From the NCBI GenBank assembly GCA_017441065.1, contig JAFSAI010000044.1:1-61291 (forward strand): DNA of 61,291 bases, given 5' to 3'. Below the pieces are notes generated by a model. The model did no database searches, had not been told where the DNA came from, and was given only the letters and a program-made list of their open reading frames with translations. Made by a program: the position numbers and the translations under genes. Shown here piece by piece: positions 50,569 to 60,849 of the stretch (positions are counted from its first letter, which is position 1; the number at the start of each line of letters is the position of its first letter). This DNA comes from Bacilli bacterium (lineage in GTDB: Bacteria; Bacillota_I; Bacilli_A; RF39; UBA660).

Positions 50569-50623
50569 TATTAAAAAGTACTATTTTTTTTTATTTATGA
50601 ATATCATTTATCAGGAGGATTTT

Positions 50624-50914
50624 ATGGAAAGTGGCATAGATTTAAATAGTTATGGTAATCATGAAATAAAAATAACTGATAGAAGTATAATTAGTTTAAG
50701 TGGGATTAATAAAATAAGTAGTTTTGATGACCAAGAATTTTTAATGGAATCTAATATGGGAATGATTTTATTAAAAGGTGAAGGTCTTGAAATTATTAAG
50801 TTAGATACTCACGATGGTAATGTAAAAATAAAGGGAAAATTAAATAGTTTTGCATATATTGAAAATATAAAAAAAGGTAAGGAAGAAAGTCTAATTTCCA
50901 AGTTATTCAAATAA
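50624..50914 (+). CDS. yabP: Sporulation protein YabP
   Basis: SFDDQEF, G.ILLKG..L.I.KLD. Confidence 0.9.
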   Translation: MESGIDLNSYGNHEIKITDRSIISLSGINKISSFDDQEFLMESNMGMILLKGEGLEIIKLDTHDGNVKIKGKLNSFAYIENIKKGKEESLISKLFK

Positions 50915-51216
50915 TGAATAGTAATATGCAGTTATTATCATTTTTTATATCATTCATATTTGGAATAGTATTTTGTTTGATAACCATATTGAATTTTAAG
51001 TTAATAAAAGATTTAAAACGATATGTTCAACATTTACTTACATTCATTTATGTAATAGATATGGTAATAATTTATATAATACTTTTATATCATTTGAATA
51101 AAGGCTATTTTCATATTTATTTTATAGCAATGGTATTTTTAGGATTTTTTTGTGGGTTTATAATATATAAAAAATTACTTAGTAAAATTAATGTAAATAC
51201 ATTGTTTAAGAATTGA
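50914..51216 (+). CDS. yabQ: YabQ-like membrane protein (N-terminal domain only)
   Basis: Three hydrophobic segments; between yabP and divIC. Confidence 0.7.
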   Translation: MNSNMQLLSFFISFIFGIVFCLITILNFKLIKDLKRYVQHLLTFIYVIDMVIIYIILLYHLNKGYFHIYFIAMVFLGFFCGFIIYKKLLSKINVNTLFKN

Positions 51217-51266
51217 AAAAAGTCTAGACCTGTGCTAGTATCAAATTGAAATAGGATGGGTAAAAG

Positions 51267-51557
51267 ATGCGTGCTAGAACTAGTAAAAAGGAAAAAAAGA
51301 GACTTTTTTTGATTACCATAGCAATTATTACATTGTTAGCGCTTTTGATTGGCAGTGTATATTCAGATTGGAAACAAATACTGAAAAATAGAAGAACTGA
51401 AGTAGAGCTTACCCAAAAATATGAAGAGCTTTTAGAAAACGAATTAAAATTAAGTGCTGAAATTACTAAATTACAAGATGATGAATATTTAGCAAGATAT
51501 GCTAAAGAAAAATATATGTTATCTGCTGAAGGAGATACAATTATAAAAATCGATTAA
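51267..51557 (+). CDS. divIC: Septum formation initiator DivIC/FtsB
   Basis: TM helix, coiled coil, DDEYLARYAKEKY. Confidence 0.9.
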   Translation: MRARTSKKEKKRLFLITIAIITLLALLIGSVYSDWKQILKNRRTEVELTQKYEELLENELKLSAEITKLQDDEYLARYAKEKYMLSAEGDTIIKID

Positions 51558-51599
51558 ACTCAAAATACACTTTGAGTTTTTTTGTAATAAAAAATAGCA

Positions 51600-52172
51600 T
51601 TACGCTATTATTTCATCAATGAGACCATATTCTAAAGCATCTTCTGGATCCATAAAATTGTCTCTTTCAGTATCTTGTTCAATTGTTTTAATATCTTTAC
51701 TAGTTACTTTAGCTAATATATTATTAAGCTTATCTTTTATTTTTAAAATTCTTTCAGCAGCAATTTTTATATCAGTTGCTTGGCCTTGAGTGCCACCTAG
51801 TGGTTGATGAATCATTATTTCTGAATTAGGAAGACTACATCTTTTTCCAATTGTACCATTTGCTAGTAAGAATGCTCCCATACTTGCAGCTAACCCTATA
51901 CAAATTGTTTTTACATCACTTTTTATATAATTCATTGTATCGTAAATTGCCATTCCACTTGTAATTGAACCACCAGGAGAATTTATATATAAATAGATAT
52001 CATTATGATTTAAACTATCTAAATATAATAATTCAGAAACAACTATACTAGCTAAATTATCATTAATTTCCCCATTAATAAAAACTATACGATCATTTAA
52101 AAGTCTTGAGTATAAATCGTATGCATATTCTTTATTACTGCTTTTTTCAATAACTGTTGGAATTATATTCAT
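51600..52172 (-). CDS. clpP: ATP-dependent Clp protease proteolytic subunit
   Basis: YINSPGG, AASMG, MIHQP, ERDNFM. Confidence 0.98.
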   Translation of the reverse strand: MNIIPTVIEKSSNKEYAYDLYSRLLNDRIVFINGEINDNLASIVVSELLYLDSLNHNDIYLYINSPGGSITSGMAIYDTMNYIKSDVKTICIGLAASMGAFLLANGTIGKRCSLPNSEIMIHQPLGGTQGQATDIKIAAERILKIKDKLNNILAKVTSKDIKTIEQDTERDNFMDPEDALEYGLIDEIIA

Positions 52173-52272
52173 TTTTTCACCTATAATTATAATATAAAAA
52201 ATAGTAAGTTTTTATTCAAAAAAATTATAATTTATGATAAACTATTTTATAGTAAAGGGTTGGCTAGATGTT

Positions 52273-53913
52273 ATGATAACTATAACGGATGACTTTGGCA
52301 AAAAATTAGAGTTTGAAAAGAATACAACTTACTATGAAATTAGTAAGGGGTTTAATTTGGGAAAAGAAATATTAGGCGTTAAAATTAATAACGAAGTTTT
52401 TTCGTTAAGTGAAAAAGCTAATCAGGATTCTAAAATAACATTTATTGATTTAAATGATTTAACTGGTAATAAAATATATAAAAGTGGTTTAGAATTTATT
52501 TTTGAAGTTGCATTGAAAGAAGTATTTCCTAATCTAGAAATAACATATCAACATAGTGTACCTAAAGGTGTTTTAGGAGAAATTGTTGGAGATAAAGTTA
52601 TAACTCAAGAAGATTTGGGTAAAATAAAAAGTGTGATGGCTAGAATAATTTCTGAAGATAAAATATTTAAAAAATTAAATATTAAGAAAAAGGAAGCCAT
52701 AGAATTTTATAAAACTGTAGGACAAGAAGAAAAAGCTACAAATATTCAAAATATATCTGATAAAGTTGTTACTTTATATGAATTAAATGGAATTTATAAT
52801 TACTATTATTCAGATATGCCATATTCTACAGGGAGTATAACACAATATGATATTATTTATTTAGGTAGAAATAGATTAGTATTTGTTGTACCAAGTAATA
52901 GAACAGATGGAAAATTACCAGAGTATGTTCATTATGATAGTATTATTAATTCATTTTTAGTAGGTAAAAAATGGTTAGAAACTTTAGATATGAAGTATGT
53001 AACATCAATTAATAAAACTATTAGTGATAATAAAATAAAAGAATTTATTAAATCATGTGAACTAGTATTTAATTTAAATGTTTCTAAAGTAGCAACGGAA
53101 GTTACTAACGATAGAAATGTTAAATTTGTTTTAATAGCAGGACCTTCTTGTAGTGGTAAAACAACTACTACAAAAAGATTATCATCTTATCTTATTGCTC
53201 AAGGATTTGATCCAATAAATATTTCTATTGATGATTTCTTTGTTAATAGAGAAGATTCTCCGAAAGATGAATTTGGAAATTATGATTTTGAATGTTTGAC
53301 TGCAGTAGATTTAGAATTATTTAATGACACTTTAAAAAGATTATTAAATAAAGAAGAAGTTAGAATGCCATTATATAATTTTCAAACTGGTAAAAGAGAA
53401 TTTCAAGATAAGTACATTAAATTAAAAGATAATAGTATTGTTTTAATTGAAGGCTTACATGCTTTAAATGATGACTTATTATTAGGAATTGATAATAAAT
53501 ATAAGTATAAAATTTATTTAAGCCCATTTATTCCATTAAATCTTGATAAACATAATTATATATCTACAGTTGATTTAAGATTAATGAGAAGAATTATTAG
53601 AGATAATAGAGATAGAAATCAAAGTATTAATAAAACTATTCATAGATGGCAAAGTGTTAGAAATGGTGAAGAAAAATATATATTCCCGTATATACATCAA
53701 GCAGATGTAATAATTAATACAGCACTTCCATATGAAATCGGAGTAGAAAGAGTTTACATTGAACCACTTCTTCGTTCAATAAGTGTAGAAAGCATTTATT
53801 ATGAAGAAGCTAGAAGGTTATTAAACTTCTTGAAGTTATTCTTTTTAATTCCAAGTGAATATGTAAATGGAGATTCAATAATTAGAGAATTTATAGGAGG
53901 AAATTATGATTAG
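52273..53913 (+). CDS. Nucleoside (uridine) kinase fused to a ThrRS-like N-terminal region
   Basis: Walker A AGPSCSGKTTT, DDFF, IEGLHALN, RRIIRD. Confidence 0.85.
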   Translation: MITITDDFGKKLEFEKNTTYYEISKGFNLGKEILGVKINNEVFSLSEKANQDSKITFIDLNDLTGNKIYKSGLEFIFEVALKEVFPNLEITYQHSVPKGVLGEIVGDKVITQEDLGKIKSVMARIISEDKIFKKLNIKKKEAIEFYKTVGQEEKATNIQNISDKVVTLYELNGIYNYYYSDMPYSTGSITQYDIIYLGRNRLVFVVPSNRTDGKLPEYVHYDSIINSFLVGKKWLETLDMKYVTSINKTISDNKIKEFIKSCELVFNLNVSKVATEVTNDRNVKFVLIAGPSCSGKTTTTKRLSSYLIAQGFDPINISIDDFFVNREDSPKDEFGNYDFECLTAVDLELFNDTLKRLLNKEEVRMPLYNFQTGKREFQDKYIKLKDNSIVLIEGLHALNDDLLLGIDNKYKYKIYLSPFIPLNLDKHNYISTVDLRLMRRIIRDNRDRNQSINKTIHRWQSVRNGEEKYIFPYIHQADVIINTALPYEIGVERVYIEPLLRSISVESIYYEEARRLLNFLKLFFLIPSEYVNGDSIIREFIGGNYD

Positions 53914-54919
53914 AGTAGCAATAAATGGTTTTGGTAGAATTGGTAGAATTGCATTTAGAGAAATGATTACAGGAACAGATTTTGATATAGTAGCAATTAA
54001 TGACTTATCAAATGCTGAAGAATTAGCACATTTAGTTAAGTATGATACTATTCATAGAACATTTCATGAAGATGCTATAACTTTTGAAGATGACACTATA
54101 GTAGTAGCAGGTAGAAAGAAAATTAAAGTTTTTGCAGAAAAAGATCCTGTTAATTTACCATGGAAAGATTTAAATATTGATTTAGTATTAGAATGTACTG
54201 GTGTTTTTACTAAAGAAGAAGGCGCTAGAAAACATATTGAAGCTGGGGCAAAAAAAGTTTTAATATCAGCTCCCGGTAAAGGTGAAATGAAAACAGTGGT
54301 ATATGGTGTTAACGAAGGTATTCTAGATGGTAGTGAGAAAATCGTTTCAGCAGCTAGTTGTACAACAAATTGCTTAGCGCCTGTACTAAAAGTTATACAA
54401 GATAATTTTGGTATCGAAAAAGGATTTATGACTACAGTGCATGCTTTTACTAATGACCAAGTTACATTAGATATATCTCATAAAAAAGGAATATATGCTC
54501 GTCGAGGTAGAGCAGCAAGTCAAAATATAATCCCAGCATCAACTGGAGCAGCATCTTCAATAGGCCTAGTAATTCCTGAACTTAAAGGAAGAATGGATGG
54601 TAATGCATATCGAGTTCCTATCCCAGATGGTTCCTTAGTAGATGTAACACTTGATTTAAAGAAAGATGTTACTATTGAAGATATTAATAATGCTTTTAAA
54701 AATAATCAAGGTGATGCTTTAAGATATACAGAAGATCCAGTTGTATCAAGTGATATCATTGGTAAACGCTATGGTGGATTAGTAGATGGACTTTTAACTA
54801 ATTTAGTTGAAGTTGATGGAAAGAAATTATATAAGATAGTTGCTTGGTATGATAATGAGTTAGGTTATACTGCTCAAATGTTAAGGGTAGCTAAGTGTAT
54901 GTTTAAAAATGTTAACTAA
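53906..54919 (+). CDS. gap: Glyceraldehyde-3-phosphate dehydrogenase
   Basis: INGFGRIGR, ASCTTNCLAP, WYDNE. Confidence 0.98.
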   Translation: MIRVAINGFGRIGRIAFREMITGTDFDIVAINDLSNAEELAHLVKYDTIHRTFHEDAITFEDDTIVVAGRKKIKVFAEKDPVNLPWKDLNIDLVLECTGVFTKEEGARKHIEAGAKKVLISAPGKGEMKTVVYGVNEGILDGSEKIVSAASCTTNCLAPVLKVIQDNFGIEKGFMTTVHAFTNDQVTLDISHKKGIYARRGRAASQNIIPASTGAASSIGLVIPELKGRMDGNAYRVPIPDGSLVDVTLDLKKDVTIEDINNAFKNNQGDALRYTEDPVVSSDIIGKRYGGLVDGLLTNLVEVDGKKLYKIVAWYDNELGYTAQMLRVAKCMFKNVN

Positions 54920-54987
54920 TTGTTAACATTTTTTAATTTTTATAAATAATAGATTGCAACCATGTTAAAATAATAGTGGTGAATAAT

Positions 54988-56145
54988 ATGAATTATTTAA
55001 GCGAGAATTCTTTTTCTAATAAAAGAGTAATATTAAGATGTGATTTTAATGCGCCAGTTAAAGATGGTGTTATTACAGATGATAGTAAAATAACTAGAAG
55101 CTTAAAGACAATTAAACATTTATTAGATAATGATAATACAGTTATTTTATTGAGCCATTTTGGTAGAGTAAAAAAAGAAGAAGATAAAGAAAAGAATAGT
55201 TTATATGTAGTTTATGAATATTTAAAAAAAGATATTGATTTAGAATTTATACAAGATCCATTAGATTTAAATAATATAAGTACGTCAAATAGCAAATGTT
55301 TTTTAGTAGAAAATACTAGATTTACTGATGTGCCTGAAAAACGTGAAAGCGCCAATGATTTAGAACTTGCACATATGTGGAGTGAATATGCTGATATTTT
55401 TGTATTAGATGCATTTGGTTCTGCTCATAGAGCTCATTCATCAACTGCAGGTATTAGCAAATATTTACCAACTTATTATGGATTTCTAGTTGAAGAAGAA
55501 CTTAAGAATTTAGAATGCCTTATAAATATTGAGAATCGACCTTTTATAGTAGTAATGGGTGGTGCCAAAGTTGATGATAAGATAAAAATAATTGAAAGTA
55601 TGTTATCTAAATGTGATAAGTTAATTTTGACTGGTGGAATACTTAATACTTTCTTAAAAGTGTCTGGAAAAAATATAGGCAATAGCTTGGTAAGTGATGA
55701 AGAAGAAGTTTTAGAAAGCGTTAGAAATGTATTAGATAAATATCAAGAAAAAATATATTTTACTGATAAATTTATAATCAATAGAAATGATGAAATAAAA
55801 GAAGTTACTATTGATGAAGTGGAAAATGAAGATGTTATTTATGATAATGTAGTTAATGTTAAAGATTTATTACAGAATGCAAAAATTGTTTTCTTTAATG
55901 GTACCTGTGGTAAATATGAAGATAAAGAATATGCAAAAGGAACTTATACATTATTAAGTGAATTAAGTAATATAGATGGGAAAGTTATAATTGGTGGAGG
56001 AGATACAGTATCTGCAGTTACTAAATTAGGGTTCCTTGATAATTTTGATTATTTATCTAGTGGTGGAGGAGCAACACTTGAATATGTTGCGTATGGAAAA
56101 CTTAAAGCTTTAGAATGGATAAAAGAAAATGGTGTTGATAACTAG
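54988..56145 (+). CDS. pgk: Phosphoglycerate kinase
   Basis: DFN.P, SHFGR, DAFGSAHR, GGAKV, GGGDT. Confidence 0.96.
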   Translation: MNYLSENSFSNKRVILRCDFNAPVKDGVITDDSKITRSLKTIKHLLDNDNTVILLSHFGRVKKEEDKEKNSLYVVYEYLKKDIDLEFIQDPLDLNNISTSNSKCFLVENTRFTDVPEKRESANDLELAHMWSEYADIFVLDAFGSAHRAHSSTAGISKYLPTYYGFLVEEELKNLECLINIENRPFIVVMGGAKVDDKIKIIESMLSKCDKLILTGGILNTFLKVSGKNIGNSLVSDEEEVLESVRNVLDKYQEKIYFTDKFIINRNDEIKEVTIDEVENEDVIYDNVVNVKDLLQNAKIVFFNGTCGKYEDKEYAKGTYTLLSELSNIDGKVIIGGGDTVSAVTKLGFLDNFDYLSSGGGATLEYVAYGKLKALEWIKENGVDN

Positions 56146-56186
56146 AATGTTATCAACATTTTTTAATTTTGGTTAATAATTCATAT

Positions 56187-56193
56187 TTCGACA
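56187..56193 (-). promoter_or_regulatory. Spo0A box upstream of spo0A
   Basis: TTCGACA (TGTCGAA on the minus strand); near match TGTCAAA about 50 bp downstream. Confidence 0.6.
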
Positions 56194-56307
56194 TTTCTTT
56201 ACATAGTTAGACAAATGTTGTCAATACTTCCTATGGCTTTTTGTCAAATAATCTTTTATAATGAATTTACAAGCAGTACAAAATTATTAATTTAAAAGGA
56301 GAAAATC

Positions 56308-57063
56308 ATGAAAACTAGTATTAAAGTATTAGTTATTGATAGTAATGAATCAATGACTAAAGACGTTAAGAAGTACTTTAGCAGTCATGAAGTAATTGAA
56401 GTAGTAGCTTGTAAAAAAGATGGAGAAGAAGGATTAAGTTATATACTTAATAATCATAATAATATTGATGTTATAGTAATGGATTTAATACTTCCGAAGT
56501 TAGATGGTTTATTTATATTAAGTGAACTTGATAAAAGAGAAATTAATAAAAATATAATAATCACAACTAGCTTTAAAGATGATAGAGTAATGGATGAAGC
56601 TAATGAATTTGGAGTAGATTATTATATGCTTAAACCAGTTAACTTTATGAGTCTTGAAAAAAGAATATTAAGTGTAAGTTTAAAAAATAAGAATGATAGA
56701 TTATTTAATCAAGAAGCAATTGTTACAGATATGCTTCATAATTTAGGAATACCTTCACATATAAGAGGCTATCAATATATAAAAGAAGGAATTCTTTATG
56801 TATATAAGAATGCTCATAGAATTTCTTATATAACTAAGGACGTATATCCTGAAATTGCTAGAAAATTTAAAACTACTCCAACTAGAGTTGAAAGAGCAAT
56901 AAGACATGCAATAGAAATTAGTTGGAATAGAGGAGATTTAGATTTAATGGAAAGTATATTTGGAAATAGTTTAAATGTTAATAGAGATAAACCAACTAAT
57001 GCTGAATATTTAACAACTATTGCCGATAGACTAAAAATAAATCAAAACTTAATTTATAACTAA
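56308..57063 (+). CDS. spo0A: Sporulation master regulator Spo0A
   Basis: Receiver MDLILPKLDG; effector GIPSHIRGYQY, ITK.VYP.IA, RVERAIRHAIE, KPTNAE. Confidence 0.95.
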   Translation: MKTSIKVLVIDSNESMTKDVKKYFSSHEVIEVVACKKDGEEGLSYILNNHNNIDVIVMDLILPKLDGLFILSELDKREINKNIIITTSFKDDRVMDEANEFGVDYYMLKPVNFMSLEKRILSVSLKNKNDRLFNQEAIVTDMLHNLGIPSHIRGYQYIKEGILYVYKNAHRISYITKDVYPEIARKFKTTPTRVERAIRHAIEISWNRGDLDLMESIFGNSLNVNRDKPTNAEYLTTIADRLKINQNLIYN

Positions 57064-57120
57064 AATTACATTTATTGTAATTTTTTTTTGAGTGTGATAT
57101 ATTAAACCTAAGGTGAGACT

Positions 57121-58614
57121 ATGAAGAAAATACTTACTATTATATTAGATGGATTTGGTTACCGAGAAGAGGCAGAAGGAAATGCTATTAAAGATGCCGA
57201 TATGACATGTTTTAATAAATTGTGGGAAGAATATCCTCATTCACTATTAAAAGCTTCAGAAGAGGCAGTAGGACTTCATGAAGGTCAATTTGGTAATAGT
57301 GAAACTGGTCATATGACAATAGGTGCTGGTAGACTTATTAAACAAAATGAAACTTTGGTAAATGAATTTTTAGATAGTGATGTATTAGAAAATGAAGTGT
57401 TTCAAAAGTTACTTTTAAATAAGGATAAAGATGTACATTTAATGGGATTGTGCAGTGATGGTAATGTTCATGCTGGTATAGATGATGCTTTGAAAATGTA
57501 TGAAATATTAGTTAAGAATGGTTTTAAAAAGATTCATTTTCATGTAATAACTGATGGTAGAGATACAGAAGTACATTCTTCTTATAAGTATATTTCCCAA
57601 ATAGAAGAGTTAATTAATAAATATAAAGTAGGTAATATATCAACTATATGTGGTAGATATTATGCCATGGATAGAGATAATAATTTTGATAGAACTAAAG
57701 TATATTATGATTTAGTTACTAGAGGAGTAGGAATTACTACTTATGATATAAATAAAACACTAAATAAAATGTATGAGAAAGAAATAACTGATGAATTTTT
57801 AAAGCCAATTGTATTAGATACTAATTCATTAATTAAAAATGGTGACGTATTAATTTGGTTAAACTATAGAGCAGATAGATCAAAACAAATAATATCATCT
57901 TTTGTAGATAGTTTATTTGATGGATTTAATGCTTATAAGATGGATGAGTTAGAAGTATATAGCTTTTTTCCAATTGATAAAGCTATTCCAACATTACATT
58001 TTTTAGAAGAACAAAAGATAACAAATCCATTAGGTTTGTATTTATCTGAGTTAGGTATAACTCAAGCTAGGATAGCTGAATCAGAAAAGTTTCCTCATGT
58101 AACTTATTTCTTTGATGGTGGCTATAATGGGAAAATTCAAAAATGCAATATGTTTCATATTCCATCACCGAATGTTCCTACATATGATTTAAAACCTGAA
58201 ATGAGTGCGATTGGTGTTACTAAAAAATGTATAGAATGTATGGTTCAAGATTATGATTTTATTTTAGTTAACTTTGCTAATCCAGATATGGTCGGACATA
58301 CTGGGGTGTATGATGCTGCTGTTAAAGCTTGTATGGCGGTTGATTTATGTTTGGCTAAGATTATGGAAAAAGCTGAGGAAAACTTTTATAAAGTTATAAT
58401 ATTAGCAGATCATGGTAATGCAGATATAATGTGCGATAGCGAAGGTAATAAAGTTACAACGCATACTTTATCTAAGGTTCCTTTTATTATAGTGGATAAG
58501 AATGTGTCTTTAAAAGAAGAAGGAGATTTAACAATGGTAGCTCCGACAATATTAGAATACATGGATATAGCTGTACCAGATGAAATGAAAGACACAGAAA
58601 ATTTAATTGATTAA
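57121..58614 (+). CDS. gpmI: 2,3-BPG-independent phosphoglycerate mutase
   Basis: ILDGFG, GNSE.GH, GRYYAMDRD, NPDMVGHTG, ADHGN. Confidence 0.98.
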   Translation: MKKILTIILDGFGYREEAEGNAIKDADMTCFNKLWEEYPHSLLKASEEAVGLHEGQFGNSETGHMTIGAGRLIKQNETLVNEFLDSDVLENEVFQKLLLNKDKDVHLMGLCSDGNVHAGIDDALKMYEILVKNGFKKIHFHVITDGRDTEVHSSYKYISQIEELINKYKVGNISTICGRYYAMDRDNNFDRTKVYYDLVTRGVGITTYDINKTLNKMYEKEITDEFLKPIVLDTNSLIKNGDVLIWLNYRADRSKQIISSFVDSLFDGFNAYKMDELEVYSFFPIDKAIPTLHFLEEQKITNPLGLYLSELGITQARIAESEKFPHVTYFFDGGYNGKIQKCNMFHIPSPNVPTYDLKPEMSAIGVTKKCIECMVQDYDFILVNFANPDMVGHTGVYDAAVKACMAVDLCLAKIMEKAEENFYKVIILADHGNADIMCDSEGNKVTTHTLSKVPFIIVDKNVSLKEEGDLTMVAPTILEYMDIAVPDEMKDTENLID

Positions 58615-58636
58615 TCTCGTTTTTACGAGATTTTTT
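58614..58636 (+). terminator. Terminator after gpmI
   Basis: AATCTCGT-tttt-ACGAGATT followed by a T-run. Confidence 0.75.
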
Positions 58637-58664
58637 ATATGTAAAGAAAATGAAATTTTAGGGG

Positions 58665-58694
58665 TTGCAAATCATATAATTAGTGTGCTATAAT
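58665..58694 (+). promoter_or_regulatory. SigA promoter of the S10 operon
   Basis: TTGCAA-18 nt-TATAAT with extended TG. Confidence 0.75.
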
Positions 58695-58699
58695 GGTAG

Positions 58700-58800
58700 T
58701 CGTATGACTGCGATGATGCGCGAGGTTGCTGATACACTAGGAAGAGTTGGTAAATATCTTTCTGGTTAACCCAGGTAATTCGGGTGGAGCAAGTCTATAC
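58700..58800 (+). promoter_or_regulatory. Firmicute S10-operon leader RNA
   Basis: GC-rich leader with CGATGA...GAGGTTGCTGA.ACAC...GGAG..AGTCT, resembling the conserved rpsJ leader. Confidence 0.7.
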
Positions 58801-58828
58801 TAGATATAGGCGAAAGGAGGACATGGAA

Positions 58829-59137
58829 ATGTCAAATAGTAAAGTAAGAATCAACTTGAAAGCATATGATCACAGATTACTTGATGTGGCTGCTAGCAAA
58901 ATAGTTGAAACTGTAAAAAGAACTGGTGGAGAAGTTTCTGGTCCAGTACCACTTCCAACTGAAATTGAGAAGTTTACTGTATTAAGAGCTGTTCACAAAT
59001 ATAAAGACTCTCGTGAACAATTTGAAAGAAGAACTCATAAGAGACTTATTGATATTAAAAATCCTAGTAAGGAAACAATTGATGCTTTAACTCATTTAGA
59101 TTTACCAAGTGGTGTAGACATCGATATTAAATTATAG
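58829..59137 (+). CDS. rpsJ: 30S ribosomal protein S10
   Basis: [23 protein letters not shown]; start after AAGGAGG. Confidence 0.99.
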   Translation: MSNSKVRINLKAYDHRLLDVAASKIVETVKRTGGEVSGPVPLPTEIEKFTVLRAVHKYKDSREQFERRTHKRLIDIKNPSKETIDALTHLDLPSGVDIDIKL

Positions 59138-59159
59138 TAATAAAGGAAGGAAATAAAAA

Positions 59160-59918
59160 ATGAAAGGAATCTTAGGACGCAAAGTTGGAATGACTCAAGT
59201 ATTTACTAAAGATGGTAAATTAATTCCTGTAACAGTAGTTAGTTGTGAACCAAACGTAGTAATGCAAGTTAAAACTGTTGAAACTGATGGTTATAATGCT
59301 ATTCAACTTGGCGTATTCGACAAAAAAGAAAATCGTGCAAATAAGGCTGAAAAAGGTCATGCACAAAAAGCAAATACTACTCCTAAGCGCTTCTTAAAAG
59401 AAATCAGAGATGCTGCTGGAACTTATAACGTTGGAGATAAAGTTGGAGTAGACATTTTTGAAGTAGGTGCTGTTGTTGATGTAACTGGTACTTCAAAAGG
59501 AAAAGGAACACAAGGTGTTATTAAAAGACATAACCAATCTCGTGGTCCAATGGGACATGGTTCACATTATCATAGAGGACCAGGTTCAATGGGTACAATG
59601 TTACCAAAAAGAGTATTAAAGGGTAAAAAACTTCCAGGACATATGGGAGCTGATACTGTAACAATTCAAAACTTAGAAATAATTGAAGCTAATGTAGCTG
59701 AAAATTATATCTTAGTAAGTGGCAATATTCCAGGTGCTAAAAATTCTTTAGTTTATATTAGAGAAGCAGTTAAAAATTCTCGTAAAGAAGATCCAAAAGA
59801 AATAATTCTTTATGAAGAAGAAACTGTTGTAGATGCTGTAGAAGAAGTTGTTGAAACTACTGAAGCAGTAGCTGAAACTGAAGAAGTAAAAAGCGAAACT
59901 CCGGAAGAAAGCAAATAG
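59160..59918 (+). CDS. rplC: 50S ribosomal protein L3 with acidic C-terminal tail
   Basis: [20 protein letters not shown]. Confidence 0.99.
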   Translation: MKGILGRKVGMTQVFTKDGKLIPVTVVSCEPNVVMQVKTVETDGYNAIQLGVFDKKENRANKAEKGHAQKANTTPKRFLKEIRDAAGTYNVGDKVGVDIFEVGAVVDVTGTSKGKGTQGVIKRHNQSRGPMGHGSHYHRGPGSMGTMLPKRVLKGKKLPGHMGADTVTIQNLEIIEANVAENYILVSGNIPGAKNSLVYIREAVKNSRKEDPKEIILYEEETVVDAVEEVVETTEAVAETEEVKSETPEESK

Positions 59919-59937
59919 GCTTTAGAAAGGAATTAAT

Positions 59938-60561
59938 ATGACAAAGATAAGTGTTAAAAATATAAAAGGCGAAACTGTTAAAGATATTAATCTTGATAGT
60001 AAAATCTGGAATATAGAAGTTAATGACGATGCTTTAAAGAAAATGATTAGATTACAACTTGATAGTATGCGTCAAGGAACTAGAAAAACTAAAACAAGAA
60101 GCGAAGTATCTGGTGGTGGAAGAAAACCATGGAAACAAAAAGGTACTGGACGTGCTCATCAAGGTAGTATCAGAGCTACTCAATGGCGTGGTGGTGGAAT
60201 TGCTTTTGGTGTTAATCCAACAAATTTCACATTCAAAATTAATAAAAAAGAAAGAGTATTAGCATTAAAAACTGCTTTAACTTATAAAAATACAGAAAAA
60301 GCTTTAGTAGTTCTTGATAGTGTTAAATTAGATACTCTAAAAACAAAAGAAATTACAAATATCTTAACTACTTTAGAATTAAGTGGAAAAATCTTATTTG
60401 TAACTAAGAACGAAAATGAAAACTTATACATGGCTACAAGAAATTTAGGAAATGTATTAGTTCTTATGGCTGATGAAATCAATTGTTATGACATCGTTAA
60501 TGCTGATGTAATGGTAGTTGAAGAAGAAGCTATTAGCACAATTGAGGAGGTGCTTAAATAA
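59938..60561 (+). CDS. rplD: 50S ribosomal protein L4
   Basis: [14 protein letters not shown]. Confidence 0.99.
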   Translation: MTKISVKNIKGETVKDINLDSKIWNIEVNDDALKKMIRLQLDSMRQGTRKTKTRSEVSGGGRKPWKQKGTGRAHQGSIRATQWRGGGIAFGVNPTNFTFKINKKERVLALKTALTYKNTEKALVVLDSVKLDTLKTKEITNILTTLELSGKILFVTKNENENLYMATRNLGNVLVLMADEINCYDIVNADVMVVEEEAISTIEEVLK

Positions 60562-60836
60562 TGAAACATTATAGTGATATTATTATAGCGCCAGTTATTA
60601 CTGAAAAATCTATGGTTGAAAGACAAAACAATGTTTATACATTTAAAGTAGCTAAAGATGCTACAAAAGATGAAATTAAATTCGCTGTAGAAGAAGCTTT
60701 CAAAGTTAGTGTTAAAAAAGTTAACACATTAAATACTAAAGCAAAAAGACGTAGAGTTGGTAGATTCACAGGAAAGAGTAAAACTTATAAAAAAGCAATA
60801 GTTACTCTTGCAGAAGGATCTTCAATAGATTTATAG
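60561..60836 (+). CDS. rplW: 50S ribosomal protein L23
   Basis: PVITEKS, KKAIVTL. Confidence 0.98.
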   Translation: MKHYSDIIIAPVITEKSMVERQNNVYTFKVAKDATKDEIKFAVEEAFKVSVKKVNTLNTKAKRRRVGRFTGKSKTYKKAIVTLAEGSSIDL

Positions 60837-60849
60837 GAGGGAATAGAAT

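Noticed and set aside
6259-60482. Numerous 60-140-aa antisense or alternate-frame ORFs inside conserved genes (e.g. 11649, 18554, 33093, 42099, 60059)
   Set aside because: They overlap well-supported genes and show the composition expected of shadow ORFs
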